Shown piece after piece: positions 1 through 9,481 of a stretch of DNA of 32,000 nucleotides (the first letter of the stretch is position 1; each line of letters opens with the position of its first letter). The position numbers and the translations under genes were made by a program. The stretch is from Allgaiera indica. Lineage in GTDB: Bacteria > Pseudomonadota > Alphaproteobacteria > Rhodobacterales > Rhodobacteraceae. The stretch is from assembly GCF_900106675.1 (NCBI RefSeq), contig NZ_FNOB01000001.1:204531-236530 (forward strand), given 5' to 3'. The notes under the pieces were generated by a model. That model saw nothing but the letters and a program-made list of their open reading frames with translations, was not told where the DNA came from and ran no database searches.

Positions 1-9
1 GTGGCTGCG

Positions 10-1038
10 CTATTTCGGATCCGGGCCGACACGCACCAGCTGTTTGCCGAAATTGCCACCCTCCAGCAACTCCATGAAGGCCGCGGGCGCGTTTTCCAGC
101 CCCTCGGCAATGGTTTCGCGGTAGTGGATCTTGCCCGATTTCACCAAGGGCGCGACCTCGGCCAGGAAATCGGGGCGGCGGTTCCACCGGTCGAAGATGA
201 TGAAGCCTTCGACCCGCAGACGCTGGCGCAGGATCGCCGACCAGACCAGAGGCGCGGGCGGGGCGTTTTCGGCGCCCGAATACCAGGCGATCATGCCGCA
301 AATGGCGATGCGGCCGAAATCGCGCATGTTGGGCAGCACCGCCTCCAGCGTCTTGCCGCCGACGTTTTCGAAATAGACATGCACGCCCTCGGGCGCGGCC
401 TCGGCGATCGCCGCGGTCAGCGCCTTGCGGTCCAGCGCGCGGTGGTCAAGGCAGACATCATAGCCCAGCTCCTTTTCCGCATAGGCGCATTTGTCGGCCC
501 CTCCGGCGACGCCGATCACCCGCATTCCCTTCTGCTTCGCCAACTGCCCGACGAGCGAGCCGACCGCGCCGGTGGCGGCCGAGACCACCACGGTTTCGCC
601 CGGCTGCGCGCCGCCCACGTCGTTCAGGCCGACCCAGGCCGTGGTGCCGGGCATCCCCAGCACGCCAAGATAGGCCGAAAGCGGCGCGGCGCCGGGGGTG
701 ATCTTTTCCAGCATGGTGCCGTCGCTGATGCCGTGGCTGGCCCAGCCGATCGGCGCGATCACCAGATCGCCCACGGCAAAGCCGTCGTGCTGCGACGCGA
801 TCACCTCGGCCACGACCTGGGCGGTCATCGTCTCGCCGATCTCGACCGGCTTGGCATAGCTCTTGGCCGCCGACATCCGGCCACGCATGTAGGGATCAAG
901 CGACAGCCAGATCGTGCGCAGCAGGACCTCGCCCTTGCCGGGCGTCGGCATCGGCGCATCTTCGAGGCGGAAGTTGGCGGGTTCGGGTTTCGCCTCGGGC
1001 CGGCTGGCCAGGACGATGCGCTGCATCTTGTCGCTCAT
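10..1038 (-). CDS. NADP-dependent zinc-type alcohol dehydrogenase/oxidoreductase, MDR superfamily (CurA/leukotriene B4 dehydrogenase-like)
   Basis: ORF with LSLDPYMRGRM, GTTAWVGL and VVSAATGAVGSLVGQLAKQKG, typical of the MDR YncB/CurA family. ORF track starts at 1068; the likely start is the ATG at 1038 (MSDKMQR). TAG stop at 10-12. Confidence 0.93.
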   Translation of the reverse strand: MSDKMQRIVLASRPEAKPEPANFRLEDAPMPTPGKGEVLLRTIWLSLDPYMRGRMSAAKSYAKPVEIGETMTAQVVAEVIASQHDGFAVGDLVIAPIGWASHGISDGTMLEKITPGAAPLSAYLGVLGMPGTTAWVGLNDVGGAQPGETVVVSAATGAVGSLVGQLAKQKGMRVIGVAGGADKCAYAEKELGYDVCLDHRALDRKALTAAIAEAAPEGVHVYFENVGGKTLEAVLPNMRDFGRIAICGMIAWYSGAENAPPAPLVWSAILRQRLRVEGFIIFDRWNRRPDFLAEVAPLVKSGKIHYRETIAEGLENAPAAFMELLEGGNFGKQLVRVGPDPK

Positions 1039-1102
1039 GTCTGTCTCCCTGTTCCTTTGGCGCCGCAAGCTAGGGCGCGGCGCGGCGACGGCAAGCGTGA
1101 CG

Positions 1103-2509
1103 CTACGGGATCAGCTTGCCGGGGTTGAGGATATTTTTCGGGTCCAGCGCCGCCTTCACCGCCCGCATCACGTCAAGCGCCACCGGATCCTTGCGCCGCG
1201 ACATGGTGGCAAGCTTCGACACCCCGATGCCGTGTTCGGCCGAGAAGCTGCCGCGCAGCTCGGCCACCACGTCCTCGACCGTCTCGGTGATCTTGTCGGC
1301 CAACGGCGCATCCGCGCTGGTCGGATAGACGGTGAAATGCAGGTTGCCGTCGCCCAGATGCGACACGGTCAACGTCTCGGCGCCGGGATCTATGGCGGGC
1401 AGGCGGGCATGGATGCGCTCAAGGAAAGTCGCCACCTGATCAAGCGGCACCGCAATGTCGCAATTGACCAGCGGATGGCGGCTGAGGGTGATCTCGGCGG
1501 CGGCCTCGCGGCGCGCCCACATCTCCTGGCGCTGGGCCTCGGAGGCGGCGACCACGGCATCGGTAATCAGGCCCTGTTCCAGCATTTCGGCCAGGGTATC
1601 CTGCAGCAGGGCGACGACCGGAACCGTGCCGTCGGGGCCCGGGGTCACGTCGCGCGGCGCGGTGGCGCCGACCTCGATCAGGATCGAGACCTCGGGGATT
1701 TCCTCGAAGGCGGGACGCCAGTCGGGGTGGACGGCGGCGAGGCGCTGCATGTAGACGCGAGGCATGAATTCGAAGGCCTCGACCGCGCCGCCGGTGGCCT
1801 CTTGCAAGCGGTTCAGCAGATCCAGCGCGGCGGGCAGCGCGGGCGCGGCGACCATGGCGGTGGCATGGGCGCGGGGTTTCGGCACCAGCTTCAGCACGGC
1901 GGCGGTGATGATGCCCAATGTGCCCTCGGCGCCGATGAACAGATCCTTCAGGTCGAGACCCGAGTTGTCCTTGTGCAGCTCGCTCATCAGATCCATCACC
2001 CGGCCGTCGGCAAGGACCACCTCGAGCCCCAGGCATAGCGCGCGGGTATTGCCGTAGCGCAGCACGTTGGAGCCGCCCGCATTGGTCGAAAGGTTGCCGC
2101 CGATCATCGCTGAACCGCGGGCGCCGAAGAACAGCGGAAAGGCAAGGTTCCGGGCGTCGACGGCCTCGTGCAGCTTCGACAGCACCACGCCGGCCTCGAC
2201 GATGGCGATGCGGGCGGCGGGGCGGATTTCGCGGATGCTGTTCATCCGTTCGAGCGAAAGCATCAGCACGCCTTCCGCCGTGGTGCCACCCGCAAGGCCG
2301 GTGTTGCCCGAAACCGGCACCACCGCCACCCCGGCCTCATGCGCAAGACGCATGCAGGCCGAGACCTCGGCGGTATCGGCGGGACGCAGCACCGCGCGGG
2401 GCGTCCAGCTGTAAAGCCCGGTCCATTCGCGACCATAGCGCTTGGCATCGGCGCCGGTCAGCACGTGGTCGCGGCCCAGGGTGGCGCGCAGCGCCTCGAT
2501 CAGTTCCAT
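1103..2509 (-). CDS. FAD-binding oxidase, GlcD/D-lactate dehydrogenase (cytochrome) family
   Basis: PVSGNTGLAGG and GGNLSTNAGGSNVLRYGNTR FAD-binding segments; C-terminal SAEHGIGVSKL...DPKNILNPGK motif. Confidence 0.95.
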   Translation of the reverse strand: MELIEALRATLGRDHVLTGADAKRYGREWTGLYSWTPRAVLRPADTAEVSACMRLAHEAGVAVVPVSGNTGLAGGTTAEGVLMLSLERMNSIREIRPAARIAIVEAGVVLSKLHEAVDARNLAFPLFFGARGSAMIGGNLSTNAGGSNVLRYGNTRALCLGLEVVLADGRVMDLMSELHKDNSGLDLKDLFIGAEGTLGIITAAVLKLVPKPRAHATAMVAAPALPAALDLLNRLQEATGGAVEAFEFMPRVYMQRLAAVHPDWRPAFEEIPEVSILIEVGATAPRDVTPGPDGTVPVVALLQDTLAEMLEQGLITDAVVAASEAQRQEMWARREAAAEITLSRHPLVNCDIAVPLDQVATFLERIHARLPAIDPGAETLTVSHLGDGNLHFTVYPTSADAPLADKITETVEDVVAELRGSFSAEHGIGVSKLATMSRRKDPVALDVMRAVKAALDPKNILNPGKLIP

Positions 2510-2618
2510 GTTGTCCTCCCTCCCCCGATCGTGCCCCGATGAGGGACCCGACCCCGGGCGAAGGTGGACCCAGGCTTCTTCCGGGTCAATGGGGGGCGGG
2601 CGGAACCGCCCCCCGGCG

Positions 2619-3263
2619 CTACTTCGCCTCGGCCAGCAACTTCTCGACCTCGGGGCCGATCGCGGCCACGATCAGCTTCACCCCCTTGGCCGAGGGATGC
2701 AGATGGTCGGACTGCATGTATTCCTGCATCGCGGCCGGCGTTTCGCCCTTCGCCTTCAGCGCGGCAAAGAAATCCGGCACCAGGAGCGCGTGATATTTCC
2801 GCGCAAGGTCCGGATAGACCGCGTCGAAGCCCGCCTCATAGTCCGGCCCGTAATTCGCCGGCGCCTTCAGCCCGATCAGCAGCACGGGAAGTCCCTTGGC
2901 GCGGATCGCCTGCAAGATCCCGTTCAGGTTCTTGCGCACCTCGGATACCGGCAGGCCGCGCAGCATGTCGTTGCCGCCCAGTTCCACGATCACCGCATCG
3001 GCCTTCTGGCCCAGCGTCCAGCCGATCCGCGCCAGCCCCCCGGCCGTGGTGTCGCCCGAGACCCCGGCGTTCACCACCGTCACGTCATGCCCATGCGCCT
3101 TCAGCCAGTCCTGAAGCTGCGGCGCGAATCCTTCAGCCTGCGGCAGCCCGTGCCCCTGGGTCAGGCTGTCGCCAAAGGCGATCACCGTCTGCCCCGCCGC
3201 CACCGGACCCGCCGCCACAAACGCAAGCACAACTGCGGCAAGAAACTTGCGCCCTCCGCGCAT
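2619..3263 (-). CDS. tesA: Arylesterase / SGNH (GDSL) hydrolase, TesA-like, with signal peptide
   Basis: GDSLTQGHGLP block I, ELGGNDMLRGLP, and DHLHPSAKG C-terminal Asp-His block. The ATG at 3263 (MRGGRKFLAAVVLAFVAAGPVAAGQ, signal peptide) is the likely start, not the longer ORF. Confidence 0.9.
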   Translation of the reverse strand: MRGGRKFLAAVVLAFVAAGPVAAGQTVIAFGDSLTQGHGLPQAEGFAPQLQDWLKAHGHDVTVVNAGVSGDTTAGGLARIGWTLGQKADAVIVELGGNDMLRGLPVSEVRKNLNGILQAIRAKGLPVLLIGLKAPANYGPDYEAGFDAVYPDLARKYHALLVPDFFAALKAKGETPAAMQEYMQSDHLHPSAKGVKLIVAAIGPEVEKLLAEAK

Positions 3264-3303
3264 TGTCCCATATCCCCATGGAAACACCGCCCGGAGGCCC
3301 ACG

Positions 3304-3984
3304 ATGACCGATCCGATCCTGACCCTGGCCGACGTGCGGCTGACGCTCGACGGCAATGCCGGGCCGGTCGAGATCCTGCGCGGGATCGACCTGCGGGTGG
3401 CGCGGGGCGAAACGTTGGGCCTGGTGGGGCCGTCGGGTTCTGGCAAGTCGTCTCTCCTCATGCTGATGGGCGGGCTCGAACGCGCCACCGGGGGCCATGT
3501 CCGCGCGCTGGGCCAAGACCTCGGGGCGATGAACGAGGATCAGCTGGCGCGCTTTCGCAGGGGGAATATGGGGGTTGTGTTCCAATCCTTCCACCTGATC
3601 CCGACGATGACGGCGCTGGAAAACGTCGCCGTGCCCCTGGAACTGGCCGGCGCCGCCGACGCCTTCGACCGCGCCGAGGCAGAGCTGGCGGCGGTGGGCC
3701 TGGGCCCCCGCGCCGGGCACTATCCCGGCCAGCTTTCGGGCGGGGAACAGCAGCGTGTGGCGCTGGCGCGGGCGGTGGTGACGCGGCCCGCGATCCTGCT
3801 GGCGGACGAACCGACCGGCAATCTCGACAGCGCTACCGGGGCCGCGATCATGGATCTGCTCTTCGATCTGCGCGAAAGCCACGGCGCGACGCTGGTGATG
3901 GTTACCCATGCGCCGGAACTGGCGGCGCGCTGCGACCGGGTGGTGGGCCTGGCCGACGGGCGCATCGCGGAGGGCGCGGCATGA
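3304..3984 (+). CDS. ABC transporter ATP-binding protein (YbbA/LolD-like)
   Basis: Walker A GPSGSGKSS, signature LSGGEQQRVALARA, Walker B ILLADEPTGNLD. Start ATG at 3304. Confidence 0.95.
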   Translation: MTDPILTLADVRLTLDGNAGPVEILRGIDLRVARGETLGLVGPSGSGKSSLLMLMGGLERATGGHVRALGQDLGAMNEDQLARFRRGNMGVVFQSFHLIPTMTALENVAVPLELAGAADAFDRAEAELAAVGLGPRAGHYPGQLSGGEQQRVALARAVVTRPAILLADEPTGNLDSATGAAIMDLLFDLRESHGATLVMVTHAPELAARCDRVVGLADGRIAEGAA

Positions 3985-6497
3985 GCCTTGCCCTTGCCGC
4001 CCGGCTGGCGCGGCGCGAACTGCGCGGCGGGCTGAAGGGGTTTCGCGTCTTCCTCGCCTGCCTGGCGCTGGGCGTCGCGGCGGTCGCCGCCGTCGGCATG
4101 GTGCGCGCGGCGATCGAGGCCGGCCTTGATCAGCAGGGCGCGGTGTTGCTGGGCGGCGACGCGCAGATGGAATTCACCTACCGCTTCGCGGACGCGGCCG
4201 AGCAGGCCTTCATGAAGGCCCATGCCAAGCGGGTTTCAGCGGTGGTCGATTTCCAGTCCATGGCGGTGGTGGGCGATCGTCACGCGCTGACCCAGGTGAA
4301 AGGGGTCGACGGCGCCTATCCCTTGACCGGCAGCGTCGGACTTTCCCCGGCAATGCCGCTGCAAACCGCGCTGGCCGGCGCGAACGGAGAGCCGGGCGCG
4401 GTGATGCAGAAGGCGCTGATCGAGAAACTGGGGCTGAAGCTGGGCGACAGTTTCCGCCTGGGTACGCAGAGCTTCCGCCTGATGGCGGTGCTGACGGACG
4501 AGCCCGACAGCGCAACCTCGGGCTTCACCCTGGGGCCGCGCACCATTGTGGCGACACCAGCACTGGCCGCCTCTGGCCTGCTGGTGCCGGGCGCTTTGTT
4601 TCGCACCAAGTACCGGCTGATGCTTGCGCCGGGCGCCGATCTGGCCGCGCTCAAATCGCAGGCGGAAAAGGCCTTCCGAGACAAGGGAATGCGCTGGACC
4701 GACCGGCGCAACGCGGCGCCGGGGATCGCAAGTTTCGTGCGCCGGATCGGCTCATTTCTGGTGCTGGTCGGGCTGGCGGGGCTGGCGGTGGGCGGCATCG
4801 GCATCTCGGCGGCGGTGCGCGCCTATATCGAGGGCAAGACCGCCACCATCGCCACGCTGAAAACTCTGGGCGCCGAAGGGCGACTGATCTTCGCGGTCTA
4901 TCTGATGCAGGCGGGCGCGCTGGCGGGGCTGGGCATCGTGCTGGGTCTGGCGCTGGGCGCGGCGATGCCGCTTCTGCTGGCGCCGCTGCTGGGCCGCATG
5001 CTGCCCTTTCCGGCGGAATTCGCGCTTTATCCGGTGCCGCTGCTGCAGGCGGTACTCTACGGGGCGCTGGCGGCGCTTCTGTTCACGCTCTGGCCGCTGG
5101 CGCGGGCGCAGGGAATGCGGGCAGCGGCGCTGTACCGCGACGACGGGCGCGGCCATGTGCCGGGGCCGCGAACCATACTGGCGGTTGCGCTGACGGCGCT
5201 GGCGCTGGTTGCCACGGCGGCGTGGTTTTCGGGGCTGGTGGTGCTGACGCTCTGGGTCGCGATGGGGGTGATCGCGGCGCTGGAACTTCTGTGGCTGGCG
5301 GCCTGGGCGCTGCGCCGCCTGGCGCGGCGGCTGGCGCGGTCGCGGGCCTTGCGCGGGCGCACGGCGCTGCGTCTTGCGCTGGGCGCGATCGGCGGCCCGG
5401 GGGGCGAGGCCGCCTCGGTCATCCTGTCGCTGGGCCTTGGACTATCGGTACTGGCGGCGGTGGGGCAGATCGACGGCAACATCCGCCGCGCCATCGCCAC
5501 GGACCTGCCCGAACGGGCGCCGGCCTATTTCTTCATCGACATCCAGCCCGATCAGATGGCCGGCTTCCTGAAGACCGTGAAGGCCGATCCCGCGGTGACC
5601 GGCGTACAGACCGCGCCGATGCTGCGCGGCATCATCACCAAGATCAACGGCCTGCCGGCCCGGCAGGTCGCGCCCCATTCCTGGGTGCTGCGGGGCGACC
5701 GCGGCGTCACTTTCTCGGCCCGCCCGCCCAAGGGCACCAAGATCACCGCCGGCGAATGGTGGCCGCCCGGCTACAACGGCCCGCCCCAGATCAGCTTCGC
5801 CGCGGACGAGGCCCGCGACATGGGGCTAAGCCTGGGCGACACGATGACGATCAACATCCTGGGCCGGGACATCACCGCCACGATCACCAGCTTCCGCAAC
5901 GTCGATTTCGCCAGCGGCGGGATCGGTTTCGTCATCGCGATGGACCCGGCGGCGCTGGCCGGCGCGCCGCACAGCGCCATCGCGACCGTCTATGCCGACC
6001 CGGGGGCGGCGGCGGGCATCGTGGGTGCGGTCGCCCGACACTGGCCGAATATCACCGCGATCTCGGTCCAGGGGGCGATCGACAAGGTCACCCAGGCGCT
6101 TTCGGCCATCGCGGCGGCCACCTCGGCCGCGGCGGGGGCCACGCTGCTGACCGGTTTCGCGGTGCTGATCGGCGCCGCCGCGGCAGGAGAACGCGCCCGG
6201 ATCTACGAGGCCGCCGTGCTGAAGACCCTGGGCGCCAGCCGTGCCCGCATCCTGGCAAGCTTTGCGCTGCGCGCCGCGATCCTGGGCGCCGCGGCGGGGG
6301 TGGTGGCGCTGTTCGCCGGCAGCCTGGGGGCCTGGGCGGTGATGCGCTTCGTGATGCAGTCGCCCTACCGGTTGGAACCCGGCCCCGCGATCGCGATCGT
6401 TCTGGGCGGCATCCTCGCGGTGCTTCTTGCCGGCGCCCTCTTCGCGCTGCGCCCGCTGGCCGCGCGCCCCGCCCGGATCCTTCGCGCCCGCGACTGA
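3981..6497 (+). CDS. ABC transporter permease, FtsX-like family (YbbP-like, 838 aa)
   Basis: Start ATG overlaps the ATPase stop (ATGA at 3981-3984). Multi-TM protein with two FtsX-like halves (RRIGSFLVLVGLAGLAVGGIGISAAVRAYIEGKTATIATLKTLGAEGR and ERARIYEAAVLKTLGASRARILASF). Confidence 0.93.
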   Translation: MSLALAARLARRELRGGLKGFRVFLACLALGVAAVAAVGMVRAAIEAGLDQQGAVLLGGDAQMEFTYRFADAAEQAFMKAHAKRVSAVVDFQSMAVVGDRHALTQVKGVDGAYPLTGSVGLSPAMPLQTALAGANGEPGAVMQKALIEKLGLKLGDSFRLGTQSFRLMAVLTDEPDSATSGFTLGPRTIVATPALAASGLLVPGALFRTKYRLMLAPGADLAALKSQAEKAFRDKGMRWTDRRNAAPGIASFVRRIGSFLVLVGLAGLAVGGIGISAAVRAYIEGKTATIATLKTLGAEGRLIFAVYLMQAGALAGLGIVLGLALGAAMPLLLAPLLGRMLPFPAEFALYPVPLLQAVLYGALAALLFTLWPLARAQGMRAAALYRDDGRGHVPGPRTILAVALTALALVATAAWFSGLVVLTLWVAMGVIAALELLWLAAWALRRLARRLARSRALRGRTALRLALGAIGGPGGEAASVILSLGLGLSVLAAVGQIDGNIRRAIATDLPERAPAYFFIDIQPDQMAGFLKTVKADPAVTGVQTAPMLRGIITKINGLPARQVAPHSWVLRGDRGVTFSARPPKGTKITAGEWWPPGYNGPPQISFAADEARDMGLSLGDTMTINILGRDITATITSFRNVDFASGGIGFVIAMDPAALAGAPHSAIATVYADPGAAAGIVGAVARHWPNITAISVQGAIDKVTQALSAIAAATSAAAGATLLTGFAVLIGAAAAGERARIYEAAVLKTLGASRARILASFALRAAILGAAAGVVALFAGSLGAWAVMRFVMQSPYRLEPGPAIAIVLGGILAVLLAGALFALRPLAARPARILRARD

Positions 6498-6509
6498 CCA
6501 CGCCCGCCC

Positions 6510-6532
6510 TTTCATTGTTCTCCAAATACGCC
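6510..6532 (+). repeat. 23-bp gene-end repeat, copy 1
   Basis: TTTCATTGTTCTCCAAATACGCC, 12 nt after the permease stop, sense orientation. Confidence 0.75.
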
Positions 6533-6545
6533 GGCGGCGGCGGTC

Positions 6546-7472
6546 TTAGCCCTCCAGCATCATCTGGTAGGAGGCGGGAACATAATGGAACCCCTGCCCG
6601 CGTGCCTCGACGAAACCCACCGCCGGAAAGGGCATGTGGTAGCCGATGAAGGGCACCCGGTCGGCGGCCAGCATCCCCAGCATCTTGCGCCGGGTCGCCG
6701 CGGCGGCGGGCTTGTCCATGTCGAACTTCACCTCCCAGTCGGGATGGGCCAGCGACCAGACATAGTGGTTCGCCGTGTCAGCGATCAGCAGCAGCCGCCT
6801 GCCCCCGCTTTCCAGGTGATAGCCCATATGCCCCGGGGTGTGGCCCGGCGCCGATAGCGCGGTGATCCCCGGCACCACGGCTCCGCCTTCGCCCAGAAAC
6901 TCGGTCTTCTCGGCCAGCGGCTTCATGTTGGTGTCGAACAGCGGGTTTCCGGCGGCAGCCCAATGGTCGTATTCATGGCGCCCCGTGACATACCGGGCAT
7001 TGGCGAAGGTGGCAAAGCCGCCGTCGGCCAGCCCGCCGATATGGTCGCCGTGCATATGGGTGATGACGACCACATCCACCTGATCGGGCGCATATCCCGC
7101 CGCCTCCAGCGCCGTGGTGATGCCGGCGGGGTCCAGCCCGGTGTCGAAAAGGATCAGCTCCTTGCCGGTGTTGACCAGCGTCGGCGTGAAGAAGAACTGC
7201 GCCACGTCGGTGGGCAGGAAAGCCGCGCGCGACGCCGCCTCGAACGCGTCGTTTGGTGTCGAGAGGCCGAAGATCTTGTGCGGCTCGGGCACCGCGCGGG
7301 TGGCGGCCAGCAGGGTTGTCACCTCGAAGGCGCCCAGCTTGAAGCGGTTGAAGGGAGGGCGCCCCCGTCCCTGCATCGGTGCCGCGGCGCGAGCGGCGGG
7401 GGCAAGCGCGCCGACAAAGGGCAGCGCGGCGGTGGCGGCCAGCGCGGCGCGCCGGGTCAATCTGGTGGTCAT
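6546..7472 (-). CDS. MBL-fold metallo-hydrolase, Tat-type signal peptide
   Basis: THMHGDHIGGL metal-binding motif; LSAPGHTPGHMGYH; N-terminus MTTRLTRRAALAATAALPFVGALAPAARA resembles a Tat signal. Start ATG at 7472. Confidence 0.93.
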   Translation of the reverse strand: MTTRLTRRAALAATAALPFVGALAPAARAAAPMQGRGRPPFNRFKLGAFEVTTLLAATRAVPEPHKIFGLSTPNDAFEAASRAAFLPTDVAQFFFTPTLVNTGKELILFDTGLDPAGITTALEAAGYAPDQVDVVVITHMHGDHIGGLADGGFATFANARYVTGRHEYDHWAAAGNPLFDTNMKPLAEKTEFLGEGGAVVPGITALSAPGHTPGHMGYHLESGGRRLLLIADTANHYVWSLAHPDWEVKFDMDKPAAAATRRKMLGMLAADRVPFIGYHMPFPAVGFVEARGQGFHYVPASYQMMLEG

Positions 7473-7560
7473 GGGCTTTCTCCCCGAAGATCCTATCCGA
7501 AAGAATAGCACGCTTCGGGCCGATTCGGGGCATCGCGGCGCGGGCGGGGCGCGGCGGCGA

Positions 7561-7980
7561 TCATTCCCACCAGCGGTCGATCTGTGCGATCTGCGCGTCG
7601 GACCAGCCGAAATGATGCGCCAGTTCATGGACCATCACATTGGTGACCAGATCGGCCAATGTCACATCCCCGCGCGCCACCCATTCGTCAAGGATCGCGC
7701 GGCGAAACAACCAGATCGCCTGCGGGCGTTGCGGCTGATCGGCCACCGACGCCTCGGTCAGCGGGATACCGTCGTAAAGGCCGGTCAGCGTGTAGGGATC
7801 GTCGATGCCCAATTCGTCGAGCATCGTATCGGGGGCAAGATCGACAACGCGCAGCGCCAGCCTCTGCGCGGCGGTGCGATAGGTTTCAGGAAGCGCGGCG
7901 AGGCTGGCGCGGGCCAGCGCCTCGATCACCTCGGCGTCGGGGGCGGCGATGTCTTCCCAGCCGGTTTGCGGGTTGGTCAT
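7561..7980 (-). CDS. Small zincin-like metallopeptidase family protein
   Basis: HELAHHFGWSDAQI zinc-binding motif; LGLYDGIPLTE-type segment typical of the family (here LTGLYDGIPLTE). Confidence 0.85.
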   Translation of the reverse strand: MTNPQTGWEDIAAPDAEVIEALARASLAALPETYRTAAQRLALRVVDLAPDTMLDELGIDDPYTLTGLYDGIPLTEASVADQPQRPQAIWLFRRAILDEWVARGDVTLADLVTNVMVHELAHHFGWSDAQIAQIDRWWE

Positions 7981-8023
7981 GCGGTGCTCCTGCGGCGGAT
8001 CCGTGGGGAAGGCCGGTGCCGCA

Positions 8024-8046
8024 GGCGTATTTGGGGAACAATGAAA
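8024..8046 (-). repeat. 23-bp gene-end repeat, copy 2
   Basis: Minus strand reads TTTCATTGTTCCCCAAATACGCC, 23 nt after the histidine kinase stop (also minus strand). Confidence 0.75.
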
Positions 8047-8069
8047 GGCAGGCGCAAGGGGGGGGCGGG

Positions 8070-9479
8070 TCAGGCCTTGAAGGTCAGCCGGACCAGAAGG
8101 CCGGGCCTGGCGTCGTCGAGTTCGAGGCGGGCCTCGTGCAGTTCCGCGATCACGGCGACCAGGGCAAGCCCCAGCCCGCTGCCCGGCGTGGTGCGCGAAC
8201 GTTCCAGCCGATAGAGGCGGCGCAGCACATTTTCACGCTCTTCCTCGGGGATGCCGGGGCCGGTGTCGGCCACCTCGAGCACCACCGCGCCGAGCGTGCG
8301 ACGCAGGCGCACGGCGATTTGGCTGCCCGCCGGCGTGTGGCGCAGGGCGTTCTCGATCAGGTTGGCCAGCACCTGGCCCAGCAGGCCTTTCTCGCCCATC
8401 ACCCTGGCCCCGCCCTCGCTGTCGCGGCAATCGTCGCTGAGCGAGATATGCTGGCCGCGGTCCTCGGCGCTGGGCTCGAATATCTCGACGAAGGTGCGCG
8501 CCAGATCCGACAGATCGACCGGGGCGAAGCGGGCCTTGGGGCTGCCGCCCTCGATCTGGGCGATTTGCAGCAGCGACTGGAAGGTGGCGACGATGCGGTC
8601 GGCCTCGGCCCGGGCGCGGGCGGCAAGTTCGGCATCCTCGGGGCTGAGGCTCTCGCGTTCCTCAAGCTGGTTGAGCATGACCGAGACCCGCTGAATCGGG
8701 GTCTTCAGGTCATGGGCGATGTCGGCCGAGACCTGGCGGAGCGCCTCGGTCGCGGCCTGCTGGCGGGCGGCCATCCGGTCGATGCGATCTCCGATCAGGC
8801 TCAGGTCGTCGCCGCGGCCGCGCATCTTGGGCACCCGCGCGGCCAGATCGCCGGTGGTCAGCCGTTCCAGCGTCGCGGTGATGCTTTCGACACGTGCTTT
8901 GGAGCGCAGCGCCAGCAGGATGCCGCCCCCCAAGGCCAGCGCGACGGTGGGCAGAAGCGTCAGGATCAGTACATTGCGGAACATGTCGCCCAGGCCGCTC
9001 ATCTGGTCGCGGCTTTGGGCCACGATCAGCTGACCACCGAAGAAGTTCCCGGCAAGGCCAAGGTAGTTGCCGCCCGAGCCCTTGGACCCCGGCGGCAGAT
9101 TGATCTGAAGATAGCCGTTCTGCCCGCGGCTGAGCGCCACGTTGCCAAACACCTGCCCATCGGGGGCCAGGTAGGTGAGGATGCGGCGCGAAGGGTCGGT
9201 GACCTGGGCCTCGGCCTCGATCAGCGCGGCCAGCGCGCCGGCCGAGGGCGCGGCGCGGAAACCCGCCATTTCCTGCGCCAGATCGGCGCGCATCGTGCCT
9301 TCCAGATTGTTGCGCACCACCATGTAGCTGGCACCGAAGGCCAGCGTGCTGACCAGCGCGAACAGCATCACCAATGCCAGCGCCAGGCGCAGCGGGGTCG
9401 AAAGCAGCAGGACGGACCAGCGCCGCGCCATGGCGCCGCCGCCGGGGCCCCAGGCGTGGCGGCTTGGCGCCGGCGCCAT
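8070..9479 (-). CDS. HAMP-domain sensor histidine kinase
   Basis: N-terminal TM, HAMP-like region, DIAHDLKTPIQR H-box, NLIENALRHT N-box, DTGPGIPEEE G1, GSGLGLALV G2. Starts 2 nt after the response regulator stop. A downstream ATG at 9431 is an alternative start. Confidence 0.93.
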   Translation of the reverse strand: MAPAPSRHAWGPGGGAMARRWSVLLLSTPLRLALALVMLFALVSTLAFGASYMVVRNNLEGTMRADLAQEMAGFRAAPSAGALAALIEAEAQVTDPSRRILTYLAPDGQVFGNVALSRGQNGYLQINLPPGSKGSGGNYLGLAGNFFGGQLIVAQSRDQMSGLGDMFRNVLILTLLPTVALALGGGILLALRSKARVESITATLERLTTGDLAARVPKMRGRGDDLSLIGDRIDRMAARQQAATEALRQVSADIAHDLKTPIQRVSVMLNQLEERESLSPEDAELAARARAEADRIVATFQSLLQIAQIEGGSPKARFAPVDLSDLARTFVEIFEPSAEDRGQHISLSDDCRDSEGGARVMGEKGLLGQVLANLIENALRHTPAGSQIAVRLRRTLGAVVLEVADTGPGIPEEERENVLRRLYRLERSRTTPGSGLGLALVAVIAELHEARLELDDARPGLLVRLTFKA

Positions 9480-9481
9480 CG

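Noticed and set aside
2442-3980. N-terminal 513 codons of the 1351-aa ORF ending at 6497
   Set aside because: Overlaps the arylesterase and ABC ATPase in other frames and is low-complexity. The real permease starts at 3981 with the ATGA overlap.
5222-6649. 475-aa + strand ORF overlapping the permease
   Set aside because: Alternative frame of the same gene; Gly/Arg/Ala-rich with no motifs.
8058-8065. Run of 8 G residues after the histidine kinase stop, considered for phase variation
   Set aside because: It lies outside the CDS, downstream of the stop, and single G runs are common at this GC content. No promoter or frame would be switched.
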